NCBI GenBank assembly: GCA_029838215.1
Contig: JALGVI010000051.1
Location: 1-50,175, forward strand
DNA: 50,175 nucleotides
Direction: 5' to 3'
Source: Candidatus Helarchaeota archaeon
Lineage (GTDB): Archaea; Asgardarchaeota; Lokiarchaeia; Helarchaeales; RDOG01
A program made the position numbers and the translations under genes. How positions within the stretch are numbered: the first letter of the stretch is position 1; every line of letters begins with the position of its first letter. Positions 37,206 through 47,600 of this stretch are shown one piece after another. The notes beneath the pieces are model-generated. The model was not told the DNA's origin. It ran no database searches and saw only the letters and a list, made by a program, of their open reading frames with translations.

Positions 37206-38600
37206 TTGTGGATAGGAAACAAATTTCAAGTCAGGCAATCGCACATGAGAGTCAAAGCTAAAGTAAGCGAAGAAGAATGGAAGGAAGAACGAAAAAGTCA
37301 GGAAAGATTACGTGAGCTATACAAGAAAGAAGAAGAAAAGATCATTAGTCGAGTGAAGAACATAACTGATCTTCACGATCTTCGTGAGATCATTTCAGAA
37401 CTTGGTGATGATTTTGAATGGCAAGAATCCACGTCTCGCTGGCTTAAGGAATCTGGTCCTTTTGAGTTTGCTTGCTTGAACATGCGCGTGCCCGGACTTG
37501 AGCCCCACAAGGAGCGATACATTTTTTGGGGGATCATGGCGTTTTCTGCTGCACCTGTTGCAAAATTTGATCATCTCGGTGATCTCGAGCGAATTCTATT
37601 TGAATTGGACAAAAAGAAGGGTGAAGTTCGTGCATTCTCGACCGTGGTACACGGCTTTCTGAACCAATATTGGGAGAAAATCGGAAAATTCACGGACATT
37701 AACACGGCATTAATATCGGATGATATCAAGATTGAATTCGAACCTGGAGATCATTCTATTAGCGTTTTTAAGAAAAAACCAAGGATACGCGTTCTGGGCG
37801 TGTTCATTCCCGATCTTTTTAGCATGTTGCGTCGGATTTTTTCTGATAACGTTGCAAAAATGAAGTATCGAATCATCGAGATTCCTACCGTCCCGCATCA
37901 AGATTTTGAAAGAATATTGGAAATTCCCTTCTATGAATACGTCCAAAAAGTAATTGAAATTGATGGATTCATTCAAAAAGAATGGAAACGCGAGCCAATA
38001 CGTTCAAAAATACCGAAACTCCTGAAAAGATTTATCGGGATAAAGCATCCTCTTGATTCTCACGATTATCTCTTGTTTTTATATCATTTATTGTGGCGCA
38101 TTCCTGTCAACGAACATGAGAAATACTTAAAAAAATTACAAAAAATCTTGGAAAAACGACGAGACTTGGAAGTTGACTTTGGCCATCACTTGAAAGAATT
38201 GATCGAAAAACATCAGGCATTGATGGAACGCACGGAGTACTTGAGTTGGCAGAGTTTTAAGAAATCCGAAAAGTTCAAAGAGAAATTGGATAAAGAATAT
38301 CTCAAGGACCTTAATGCTGTTGCTGCAGAATCCATTCCTGTTTCCATTGATAAAATATTTCGAAAAACACTTGAAGATACGGGATATCCTGAAAAATCAA
38401 CTTGGCTAAAGAAAATTATGAGATTGGGCGGTTGGGCAATTGGACATAGCTATCGAATCGCATGGCTCGTGCTTTCCAGGTTTGAATGGCTACGAGATCG
38501 CGTGTTGAAACGCTTGGAAAATGTGAAATTGCCCCTTCCTGGTGGAAGTGAAGACTCAGAATCAGAAGGCGGTAAAAAATTGGCATTAAAAACCGTTTGA
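37206..38600 (+). CDS. Hypothetical protein, Vps62/NPP1-like motif plus helical C-terminus (start may be ATG 37245)
   Basis: YIFWGIMAF...DHLGDLERILFELD...VVHG...EFEPGDH. Confidence 0.55.
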   Translation: MWIGNKFQVRQSHMRVKAKVSEEEWKEERKSQERLRELYKKEEEKIISRVKNITDLHDLREIISELGDDFEWQESTSRWLKESGPFEFACLNMRVPGLEPHKERYIFWGIMAFSAAPVAKFDHLGDLERILFELDKKKGEVRAFSTVVHGFLNQYWEKIGKFTDINTALISDDIKIEFEPGDHSISVFKKKPRIRVLGVFIPDLFSMLRRIFSDNVAKMKYRIIEIPTVPHQDFERILEIPFYEYVQKVIEIDGFIQKEWKREPIRSKIPKLLKRFIGIKHPLDSHDYLLFLYHLLWRIPVNEHEKYLKKLQKILEKRRDLEVDFGHHLKELIEKHQALMERTEYLSWQSFKKSEKFKEKLDKEYLKDLNAVAAESIPVSIDKIFRKTLEDTGYPEKSTWLKKIMRLGGWAIGHSYRIAWLVLSRFEWLRDRVLKRLENVKLPLPGGSEDSESEGGKKLALKTV

Positions 38601-38604
38601 CACT

Positions 38605-39744
38605 TTATATGGGGCTATTCGTCATGACTTCTGGTGCTTGATCCTTCTTTACGATTAAATCATCCTCGAAATCTATGGCACCCCATTCTGGAATGATAAT
38701 TTTCGGTTCAAAGGCAATCACGTTTCCTGCACGTAAAGGTTCTTGTCCATCACGGACTAAGAACGGCAGGTCGTCCAAGGCTAATCCAATCCCATGCCCT
38801 AATCCGACTCGGTCGTCCCCAAAACCCTGAAAATAATCAACAAGTCCTTTTGGAAGTTCCTTTTCCATGATTTTATAAAGTTGTTGTGGAGTCGTGCCTT
38901 CTCGAATGGCAGAAATCCCTGCATTCCGGGCTTTTAGCAAGGCTTCATGTCGTTCCAAATATTTCCTTGTAGTTTTTCCAACAAAATAAGTTCTTGCATG
39001 ATCCGAGGTGTATCCGTTGACGACCGTGGCGACGTCGACAACAACAATATCACCGTCTTTAATCACGCGATGAGAAGGCCCATGCGGTTCTGCTTTTGAT
39101 GCTCCAACTCCACACAATACAGGTGGAAAGTCGCTTCTTGCCCAGAGATTTTCACCTGAAGCAATTATAAATGGTGTCCTGGCCCAATAATGATTAAAAT
39201 ATGCAAAAATGCTGCCGTGCCGCGTTATTTCACGTTGAATTTCACCCGCAAGATCAAGTTCCGTTATTCCCGGACGAAGCATTTCTCGGCATACTGTTTG
39301 AACTCGTTCTCCGACTTTTGCACTTTTTCTCAGGAGCTCAAGTTCCTCAGCATCTTTTATGGAACGTTGCAATTTTATCGGTTGAGAAAGGTTCGTGAAA
39401 TTAGAATCCGGGAAGACTTTTTTGAATCGCAAGAACTGGGAAGTGCTAAGAGAATCTAGCTCCAATCCGATTTGATTCTGGCAATTTAATTCTGATAATT
39501 TATCAAAAATCTGTCTTGTTGATTTCAGAATTATCTTTTCTCGAATCGGACTTTCCTCAACTGCGCGTTCGAAATTCCTGCGAATGAAGAGGATCGGATC
39601 TCCATCTACTGGAATCACGCAAATGGAGTGTTGTGCGGTTCCGCTGAAGTAAAATATGTTACGAGAGTTGAAAAGTACCGCAGACTTAACCTGCATTTCA
39701 CTCATTGTGTCTTTGAGCTTTTCGATGCGATTTTTCACGGACAT
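38605..39744 (-). CDS. Xaa-Pro peptidase, M24 family
   Basis: Creatinase N-domain, VDVA, YTSDHART, HGIGL, EPK, FED. Confidence 0.9.
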   Translation of the reverse strand: MSVKNRIEKLKDTMSEMQVKSAVLFNSRNIFYFSGTAQHSICVIPVDGDPILFIRRNFERAVEESPIREKIILKSTRQIFDKLSELNCQNQIGLELDSLSTSQFLRFKKVFPDSNFTNLSQPIKLQRSIKDAEELELLRKSAKVGERVQTVCREMLRPGITELDLAGEIQREITRHGSIFAYFNHYWARTPFIIASGENLWARSDFPPVLCGVGASKAEPHGPSHRVIKDGDIVVVDVATVVNGYTSDHARTYFVGKTTRKYLERHEALLKARNAGISAIREGTTPQQLYKIMEKELPKGLVDYFQGFGDDRVGLGHGIGLALDDLPFLVRDGQEPLRAGNVIAFEPKIIIPEWGAIDFEDDLIVKKDQAPEVMTNSPI

Positions 39745-39866
39745 TTATCTCGACCTGAGTTAACAAGATGAATGATAAGTAATCGTTTTAGGCACTCACG
39801 TACCAAATTAAGTAAGATAACGATTCTTCAAATAATTTTAAACATTGAGCACGGAAGAATAAAATC

Positions 39867-40661
39867 ATGGACACGAAAGCAAGATCGGGTCATAATTCCG
39901 AATGGGAAGATAAGAAAAAAGAAATCGAGTATTTCGAAAAAATAGAACGGAAGAAAAGACCTGAGTGGGGATCTCAATGGGATTCTGAAATGATGAGCTA
40001 CATTCGTCAAATGGGGAGCGAAAAGACCATGAGACTTTTTTATCAGAGATATATCCCTAATTCTACTTGTTTAATTGTTGGTCTTGGAGGAGGTGGAGAT
40101 GCCGTGCTCGTGAAAGACCTAGCAAGGATGATCATTGGGATCGACATCACGAAACTTCCGTTGGTCGAAGCGAGAAACCGTGGAATTAAAGGAGAATTCA
40201 TTGCATGCGATGCGGAATTTCTCCCTTTTCGTGAAAAAATCTTCTCTTCAATAATAATACGTTCAACATTACACCACCTGCCTCACGTAGAAGCCGACCT
40301 TTCTCAATTTGCGAAAGTTTTACAGAAAGATGGTGCATTAATCCTCCAAGAACCCGGATTGTTGAATCCCATCGCATTAATCGGACGAACATTTTTCCCC
40401 ACGAACAGGCATACTCCCGGGGAGAGACCATTCGTGCCTTTAGCTTTACAAAATCGGATAAAGTCGGATTTGATTATCGTAAAATCGGAATATCATTATT
40501 TATTTTCTCATTTCTTGCCGATCCTTTGGAAAGTCCTTCCAAAAAAACTTAAAAAGGTAAAAATTTTGGATCTCGCTTGCGATTTCGACAAATTTTTGTT
40601 AAAAACGCCTCTAAAACAACTCTGTTGGATTTTCACGATCGTGGCAATTAAAAAGACATGA
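39867..40661 (+). CDS. Class I SAM-dependent methyltransferase
   Basis: LIVGLGGG, IGID, CDAEFLPF, LHHL, L.KDG.LILQEP. Confidence 0.85.
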   Translation: MDTKARSGHNSEWEDKKKEIEYFEKIERKKRPEWGSQWDSEMMSYIRQMGSEKTMRLFYQRYIPNSTCLIVGLGGGGDAVLVKDLARMIIGIDITKLPLVEARNRGIKGEFIACDAEFLPFREKIFSSIIIRSTLHHLPHVEADLSQFAKVLQKDGALILQEPGLLNPIALIGRTFFPTNRHTPGERPFVPLALQNRIKSDLIIVKSEYHYLFSHFLPILWKVLPKKLKKVKILDLACDFDKFLLKTPLKQLCWIFTIVAIKKT

Positions 40662-40778
40662 GAAAAATTTTTTATTTGAATTTCAAGATTCCCAACTAAG
40701 ATTCAACTTATCTCCGTGATTTTTTACACGAGCTATGTAGTACATCATACATAAATGACATAAATCCGATCTGGAGGT

Positions 40779-42044
40779 ATGTTTTTGGGAAAAACTATTG
40801 CAGAAAAAATTTTGGAAAGCCATTCGGGCCAAGATGCAAAACCGGGTGACTTCATTACAGCAAAATTAGATTTAATCATGAGTCACATTGGAACGGCTAA
40901 GGTCGCGTTAGATTTCAGCAAGATCCGTCCTGCTCGAATGCGAAAGGTGTTTGACCCTAATAAGATTGCAGTTATTTTCGATCATTACGTCCCTGCACCA
41001 AGTGAAAAATGGGCATTCGCTCACACGCTAATTCGAAAGTTCGTAAAGAAACAGGGAATAAAGAACTTCTTTGATATAAAGGCAGGAATTTGTCATCAAG
41101 TCTTACCTGAAAAAGGCTTAGTTAGACCTGGCATGCTGGTCATTGGTGGTGATTCCCACACGACGACTTACGGTGCCTTGAATTGTGCAAGCTGTGGCGT
41201 TGGTAATACGGACCTATTTTATGCTTATGTAAAAGGCGAACTATGGTTCCGCGTTCCGGAATCCATTAAATTTAATATTAATGGAAAACTCCCCCATAAC
41301 GTCATGAGTAAGGACATCATCATTAAAATTGCGGGAGACCATACAGCAGAGGTCGCGACTTACAGGTCGATAGAATTTACGGGTAAAACCATGGAAGATA
41401 TAAGCATTTCTTCACGCATAACAATGTCCAACTTTTCGTTAGAGTTGGGAGCAAAATTTGCGTTTGGTGTCCCTGACCAAAAAGTCGTGGATTGGGTTAA
41501 ACAACGAACAAATGAGCCATTTGAACTGGTGAAGCCAGATCCAGATGCAAGCTACGAAAAGGTCTATGAATATGACGTATCAGATTTGGAACCACACGTG
41601 TCTTGTCCTCACACGGTCGATAACGTCAAGCCCATTTCAGAAGTCGCAGGAACAAAAATTCAACAGGCATTCCTTGGTTCTTGCACGAATGGTCGACTTG
41701 AAGATTTAGAAGTCGCTGCAAAAATCCTCGAAGGAAAACAAATTCACGAAGACGTGCGAATGATCGTCACGCCGGCTTCTCAGGAAGTATGGTTGGCGGC
41801 AGCGAAATCGGGTATTTCCGAGACATTAATCAATGCAGGTGCCATCATTTGTAATCCTAATTGCGGTGCTTGTTTTGGAGCTCACCAAGGCATGCTCGCA
41901 TCAGGAGAAGCATGTATTTCTTCTTCAAACCGTAACTTCATAGGTAGAATGGGTTCAGAAGGCGCATTTATTTATTTAGGCTCTCCAGCTACAGTTGCCG
42001 CATCTGCCCTAAAAGGAGAATTAACGGATCCCCGAAATTTTTAA
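40779..42044 (+). CDS. 3-isopropylmalate dehydratase / homoaconitase family large subunit
   Basis: DHYVP, GICHQV, DSHTTTYGA, GSCTNGR, CGACFG, NRNFIGRMG. Confidence 0.93.
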   Translation: MFLGKTIAEKILESHSGQDAKPGDFITAKLDLIMSHIGTAKVALDFSKIRPARMRKVFDPNKIAVIFDHYVPAPSEKWAFAHTLIRKFVKKQGIKNFFDIKAGICHQVLPEKGLVRPGMLVIGGDSHTTTYGALNCASCGVGNTDLFYAYVKGELWFRVPESIKFNINGKLPHNVMSKDIIIKIAGDHTAEVATYRSIEFTGKTMEDISISSRITMSNFSLELGAKFAFGVPDQKVVDWVKQRTNEPFELVKPDPDASYEKVYEYDVSDLEPHVSCPHTVDNVKPISEVAGTKIQQAFLGSCTNGRLEDLEVAAKILEGKQIHEDVRMIVTPASQEVWLAAAKSGISETLINAGAIICNPNCGACFGAHQGMLASGEACISSSNRNFIGRMGSEGAFIYLGSPATVAASALKGELTDPRNF

Positions 42045-42056
42045 TGAGGTGATATC

Positions 42057-42596
42057 ATGGCTTTAATGGGTTCAAAAGTTCGTCCATATCAGGACGTCCT
42101 AAAAGGAAAAGTCTGGGTGTTTCCAGATAACGTCGATACTGATGTTATCTCCCCGGGTAAGTATCTGGATGACTTAAACGCCACTTTAGAACATACCTGC
42201 GAAACCATCATCAAGGAATTCCCAAAAGAAGTGAAATCCGGTGATGTAATCGTGGCAGGAAGAAATTTTGGCTGTGGCTCAAGTCGTGAAACTGCACCAA
42301 AAATTCTCCAAGAAAAAGAAATCGGTGCAGTCGTGGCAGAATCCTTTGCAAGAATCTTTTACCGTTCTTCTTTTGCTTGCGGTCTTCCAATCATGGAAGT
42401 ACCGGGCATAACAAAAGAATTCGAAAAAGGAGATGAAATAGAAATCAATCTCCCAAATGCCGAGGTCAAAAATCTGAGAACGGGAAAAATTCTAAAAGGA
42501 AATCCGATTCCTGAGATTCTTTTAAACTTGTTGAAAAATGGCGGTCTGGAAAAACAACTACTCGCCGAATTAAAAGAAAAAGGGAAGAAAAAATAA
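42057..42596 (+). CDS. 3-isopropylmalate dehydratase / homoaconitase family small subunit
   Basis: DNVDTDVI.PG, AGRNFGCGSSRE, AESFARIF. Confidence 0.93.
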   Translation: MALMGSKVRPYQDVLKGKVWVFPDNVDTDVISPGKYLDDLNATLEHTCETIIKEFPKEVKSGDVIVAGRNFGCGSSRETAPKILQEKEIGAVVAESFARIFYRSSFACGLPIMEVPGITKEFEKGDEIEINLPNAEVKNLRTGKILKGNPIPEILLNLLKNGGLEKQLLAELKEKGKKK

Positions 42597-42650
42597 TAAA
42601 ATCTTTTTTTTTATTTTAATTATCTCATCTTTTTGAAGCAATAACTATTG

Positions 42651-42914
42651 TTATTTATCGGATGTAAAAGAGACAATGGCTTCCAAGAAGGCCTCTGGAT
42701 TTTCCATGAATGGCAAGTGTCCCGTGTCGGGAACGACTAATTCATATCCTTTTTGAACCAACAATGGAGCAAAATCTTTAAAAATTTCTTTAAAGCCTGT
42801 CCAGCCGTGTATCAGCATCATTCGCTTGTCACCGTCCTTGTTATAGTGATCATAGACCATTTTTACTCCATCTACGGGTACTTTGTTCGTTTCTACGTTC
42901 ATTTTCAACACCAT
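42651..42914 (-). pseudogene. Alpha/beta hydrolase with large in-frame internal deletion
   Basis: N-term LIHGWTG...GYELVVPD joined directly to C-term TGHLPFMENPEAF; nucleophile elbow absent. Confidence 0.75.
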
Positions 42915-42997
42915 TTGAGATGTGTCTCCAATTTATGATAAAGCTTTTTATTGACTTGATAGAATTTGTTCTTTTAGGATCTGCTCGAGGTCGAAAA

Positions 42998-44644
42998 ATG
43001 ACTGATATTGAAAAGAAAGTTGATGAATGGTTAAAACGAAATGAAACGACTTTTCAGAAAAAAGTGGAAAATTCGTCACGAATTGAAATCAAGCCCTTGT
43101 ACACGCCCGAAGATTTAACGGATTTTAAGTACTTAGAAGATTCAGGTATTCCCGGCTCATATCCTTACTTGCGTGGTGTTTATCCCACGATGTATCGTGG
43201 ACGAATCTGGACAATGCGGCAATATTCAGGGTACCAAACTGCAGCTAAGACTAATGAACGTTACAAATACCTTTTAGAACGTGGTCAAACGGGACTCTCC
43301 GTGGCATTTGATTTGCCAACTCAGATGGGGTATGATTCAACGCACCCATTGGCAAAGGGAGAAGTTGGAAGAACTGGTGTGCCGATTAGTTCACTCAAGG
43401 ACATGGAAGATTTATTTAAAGGAATCCCACTTGATAAAGTAAGCACTTCAATGACGATAAATTCGCCTACTGCCATTATTCTTGCAATGTATATTGCTTT
43501 GGGCGATAAACAAGGCGTTCCTCGAGAAAAATTGCGTGGAACTGTTCAAAACGATATTCTTAAGGAATATTTAGCACGAAACACGTACATTTTTCCGCCA
43601 GAGCCATCAATGAGGCTGGTTGCTGATGTCATTGAATATTGTTCTAAAAACCTCCCCAATTTTAACACGATCAGCATCTCGGGATATCACATACGTGAAG
43701 CGGGCGCAACTGCCGTTCAAGAACTTGCTTTTACATTAGCAAATGCCATCGCATACGTGAAGACTGTACTGAAACGGAATTTGGATTTTGATTCATTTGC
43801 AAGACGCTTGTCGTTCTTTTTTTGTACTCATAATGACTTTTTTGAAGAAATTGCAAAATTTCGAGCCGCTCGCCGAATGTGGGCAAAAATCGCAAGAGAG
43901 CAATTCGGAGCGAAGAATCCTAAATCAATGATGTTGCGATTTCACACGCAGACGATTGGTTCGACTCTAACCGCTCAACAACCCGATAATAATACCGTGC
44001 GCGTGGCAATTCAGACGCTAGCTGCTGTACTTGGAGGTGCTCAATCTCTTCACTCAAGCAGCAGGGACGAAGCACTTTGTCTCCCCACGGAAGAATCTGT
44101 AACATTATCACTTCGAACCCAACAGATAATTGCTCACGAAACGGGTGTGGTCAATACAATAGATCCACTGGGCGGAAGTTATTATCTCGAAACACTAACA
44201 AGCAAGCTGGAAGAAGAAGCATTCAAAATTATTGAAGAAATAGAAGAAATGGGCGGAGCCATCAAAGCCATTGAAAATGGTTTCATTCAGAAAAAAATTC
44301 AATATAATTCTTACTTGCTGCAGAAATCTATTGAAGAAGGAAAAACCGTGGTCGTTGGCGTGAATAAATACGTAGAAGAGGACGAAGAATTGTGCTATCA
44401 GGTCTTGCAGGGTGATCCTACTGTCGAAAAAGAACAGATTGTAATGCACGAAAATGTCCTGAAAAATAGAAACATTGATGAAGTGCAAGCTCATTTAGAG
44501 AAAATCCGGAAGGTTGCTGAAAATCCGAATGAAAATATCATGCCCGTTCTCATCGAAGCGGTCAAGCATTATGTCACTACTGGAGAAATTTGTAAGGTAT
44601 TACGTGAAGTTTTTGGAGAATATAAGCCGAAAGTTTCAATTTAA
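42998..44644 (+). CDS. Methylmalonyl-CoA mutase family, large (substrate-binding) subunit
   Basis: PYLRGVYPTMY, WTMRQY, GLSVAFDLPT, GTVQNDILKEY, SISGYHIREAG, DPLGGSY; no B12 domain; ATG 42998 preferred. Confidence 0.93.
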   Translation: MTDIEKKVDEWLKRNETTFQKKVENSSRIEIKPLYTPEDLTDFKYLEDSGIPGSYPYLRGVYPTMYRGRIWTMRQYSGYQTAAKTNERYKYLLERGQTGLSVAFDLPTQMGYDSTHPLAKGEVGRTGVPISSLKDMEDLFKGIPLDKVSTSMTINSPTAIILAMYIALGDKQGVPREKLRGTVQNDILKEYLARNTYIFPPEPSMRLVADVIEYCSKNLPNFNTISISGYHIREAGATAVQELAFTLANAIAYVKTVLKRNLDFDSFARRLSFFFCTHNDFFEEIAKFRAARRMWAKIAREQFGAKNPKSMMLRFHTQTIGSTLTAQQPDNNTVRVAIQTLAAVLGGAQSLHSSSRDEALCLPTEESVTLSLRTQQIIAHETGVVNTIDPLGGSYYLETLTSKLEEEAFKIIEEIEEMGGAIKAIENGFIQKKIQYNSYLLQKSIEEGKTVVVGVNKYVEEDEELCYQVLQGDPTVEKEQIVMHENVLKNRNIDEVQAHLEKIRKVAENPNENIMPVLIEAVKHYVTTGEICKVLREVFGEYKPKVSI

Positions 44645-47600
44645 TTTTTTTTATGTTTTTTGTCTTTCTTTTTCGGCTCTTTCTCCTTTTTGTCGTCCTG
44701 AACAACTTTCGTAGGAGTTTCATATAAAATAGCTGCTTCCTCGAACGTGATGGCTTTAAAGATACCCTTGGCGTGCAAGCCATGGATTATGTGCAGGATT
44801 TGAACCCGAGGTTCTTTTCTGACCGGACTAATAGTTTCAATTAAGCTTGGGATGAAGAAATATCGATTTTGGTTGACAATTGCCTTTGCAGCATTATAAA
44901 TTGCAGCCTCTAATCCCTTTAGTCCTTTAACAGCGTTATCATCCATTGGTTTCAGAACGTGAGGATACATTAACATCAGGTCGAAGTGTTTCAGCACGAG
45001 CTCTCCTGCTGGTTCGAAGACGTTGATTTGACCTTGGAAATCCGTGATATGTTTCCCGAATTTTATCCTGAATTGACCAAGAAATTGCCTGCACCTGTTT
45101 TTTAATCCATCAGATGGCACTTCATCGCAGATGAAGATTCCCATGAGCTCTTTATAGAATTGCACGTAGATTATGAATTTCTTAAATTTCAACTCAAAAT
45201 GGTCTTCCGAAATGACATCTTCATCTTTTTTCTCCACCATTTCTCCCTGAAATAGATTTACCGCCGTCAAGAATCCTCCCATCAATTCATAATTCAGAGT
45301 TTCGCCTTTAAATGAGTAGTTGTAAATATTCAAGCCGGAATCTTTGAAAACAATCAAGAGATACTCGATATTTGCGATGTCCTTGAACTTTTGTTCGGTG
45401 TTTTTCCATATTCGCATCATTTTTTTCTTTTTAGGTCTCCGATATCCAAATTGCACTAAAAGCGGAATTCCGATGAGGGCTGCAAGGAGTGGTACCCAAA
45501 TTGGTGCATAGCTAATCGCTTGAGTTGTAACGTAAGCCACTAATGGTACTATCGTTACCGTGAAATCCTGATCATCTCCCGTGATGTATGTTTCACCGTT
45601 ATATGTTGCGGTGATGATTATTCTTTGAGATCCAGTCAACAGAGAGATTGAGATAATTGCTTTTCCCTGTTCATTGGTTGAAGCCGTCTCGTGCCTTATT
45701 CCAAGATTTCCCATGTTGATTTCAACACTAATAGTTCCGCCAACAATCGGCGAATTATTTCCATAAAGGAGGATGAATGTTACCAACAAGGTTTCGGTTT
45801 CAAGAATGCTCGGAACTGCCGAGATGGATATCTTACTTGTCAAGATGGTAACGGAAACATTGATTTCTGTGGAATTTACTGGATTGTAAGTGTTGTTGCC
45901 GAAATACATCACTATTATTGAAATATCTTCGTGTCCAGAATAGGAATCAATAATCGTCGATGTGGTGCCATTTTCATCTGTTAATTCTACCGTTTCTACT
46001 ACAGAAGCGGACGGATAATAAGTTATCAAGAATTTCACGGGCACGTTAATAATGGGTGTACCGTTCGTCAAAGCCAAACGTGCCGAGATTGAAAAAGACT
46101 TACCTTGAAGAACATCAGTCGGCGGATCTATGAGTGTTATCGTGGCATTAATCTTGACCTTAATGAAAATGGAAATATTCACGGTAGCAGATTCAAAATC
46201 AAAAGCGTGGGCTTTCACCGTGATATTATATTCCGTGTCTTCTTTTAGCGTAGTTATCCGCGAAAGGTCAATAGTTGCCTTGTAGAAACCCGCCGTGCTA
46301 ATTATTCGTGTCATTGTTAAATCTAATGTCTCTAGAGAGCAAGTAACGTTCCCCCCTTCTTCAGGAACTGCCTGTGGGATTGATGATTCGTGGAACGTGT
46401 CGTAATAGTGAATGATCAAGTCGAATTGTTCGTGCCGATATTTCTGTAAGTTATCATATTCATTAGGTATATCTATACGTGTTGGGATTTTGTGGACAGG
46501 AATGGTAATGTTAAGAAAGATAGGATCGAAACCAATCGATTGCACTGTAACTACAAGTGTATAATTATTATCAGCATGCAATCCGTAAGTGCTCACGAAA
46601 ACTTCGTAGTTACCAAGACCCAGATCGGTTGAACTGATTGTTTCACCAACCCATTCATCTGCCTCGATCCTAGCTCCTTCCAAACCTCCAATAGTTTCAT
46701 TATAATAATAAATCTTAAAGGAAGTTGTAGTATTTACAAATGGATTCGGGTCCAGAACATGTTTTCCGTCTTCAATCAATAGACCACTGGTGATGGTAAC
46801 ATTTGCAATTCCACCCGATACAACAAATGTAATGTAAATAGACGCAGGCTGGTGGATTCTCCCTAGTGCGATAATCGCGACATTGTGAGAGATCCCGCCT
46901 TTTAGTCCTGTAGTGGAGAGGCGACAGCGATACGTTCCATTCTCAAACTGTGTTAATAAATAATCCCTTTGCCAATCTGATCCGTCCGTTCCATTCTTGA
47001 GAGTCACGGTCGCTCCACTAATGTCGTTTCCTGTTTCGTTATCGATATAACTGAAAAACACGTAAACATAATCACCAGCATCCAACTGGTCATTATGACT
47101 GATATATGAAATATTTGAAGGTAGCGAAATGACTGTGAATTGAGTTCTGTTAAAACCTACTTCTGAACCATTAGACCAGAAGATATGAATATAGAACGTT
47201 CCGGTGTTGTTTGTTATCGTTTCATTGATGTCCCAAGAGCCAAATTCTGCTGATAAATTACCCACGATCGATTTACTCCTGCTGAAATTCCCTTCACCTA
47301 TTGGAAATACCGTGAGATTAGCATTACCATCATTTAAATATGAGGTGAAATTAGCATAAATATCAACAGTCTTGTTCGCAAACGCACTTTGAACAGGAAC
47401 TCCTCCTAATTCTATCGTCGCATTATGAATAAAATTAGAACTATTGCAGAGTATGTTCCACGTTCCATTTTGTGAATCTAGAATCCTCACAACTTGACTA
47501 GACGATGGGAGTACTTCCCAATTCAAATGGAGACTTTCATTTATCATGACGTTCTCGACATTCCAGTTTGGAATCGTCACGTTAATTCCATTATTCAGAA

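Noticed and set aside
22419-40733. Recurrent cacgagc heptamer in intergenic regions as a regulon motif
   Set aside because: Also occurs inside coding regions (for example about 1572, 15466, 32508, 44995); too short to claim enrichment
42998-44644. Acyl-CoA mutase as evidence of alkane or isobutyrate metabolism
   Set aside because: WTMRQY retains the Tyr typical of methylmalonyl-CoA mutase, and no supporting pathway genes are in the window
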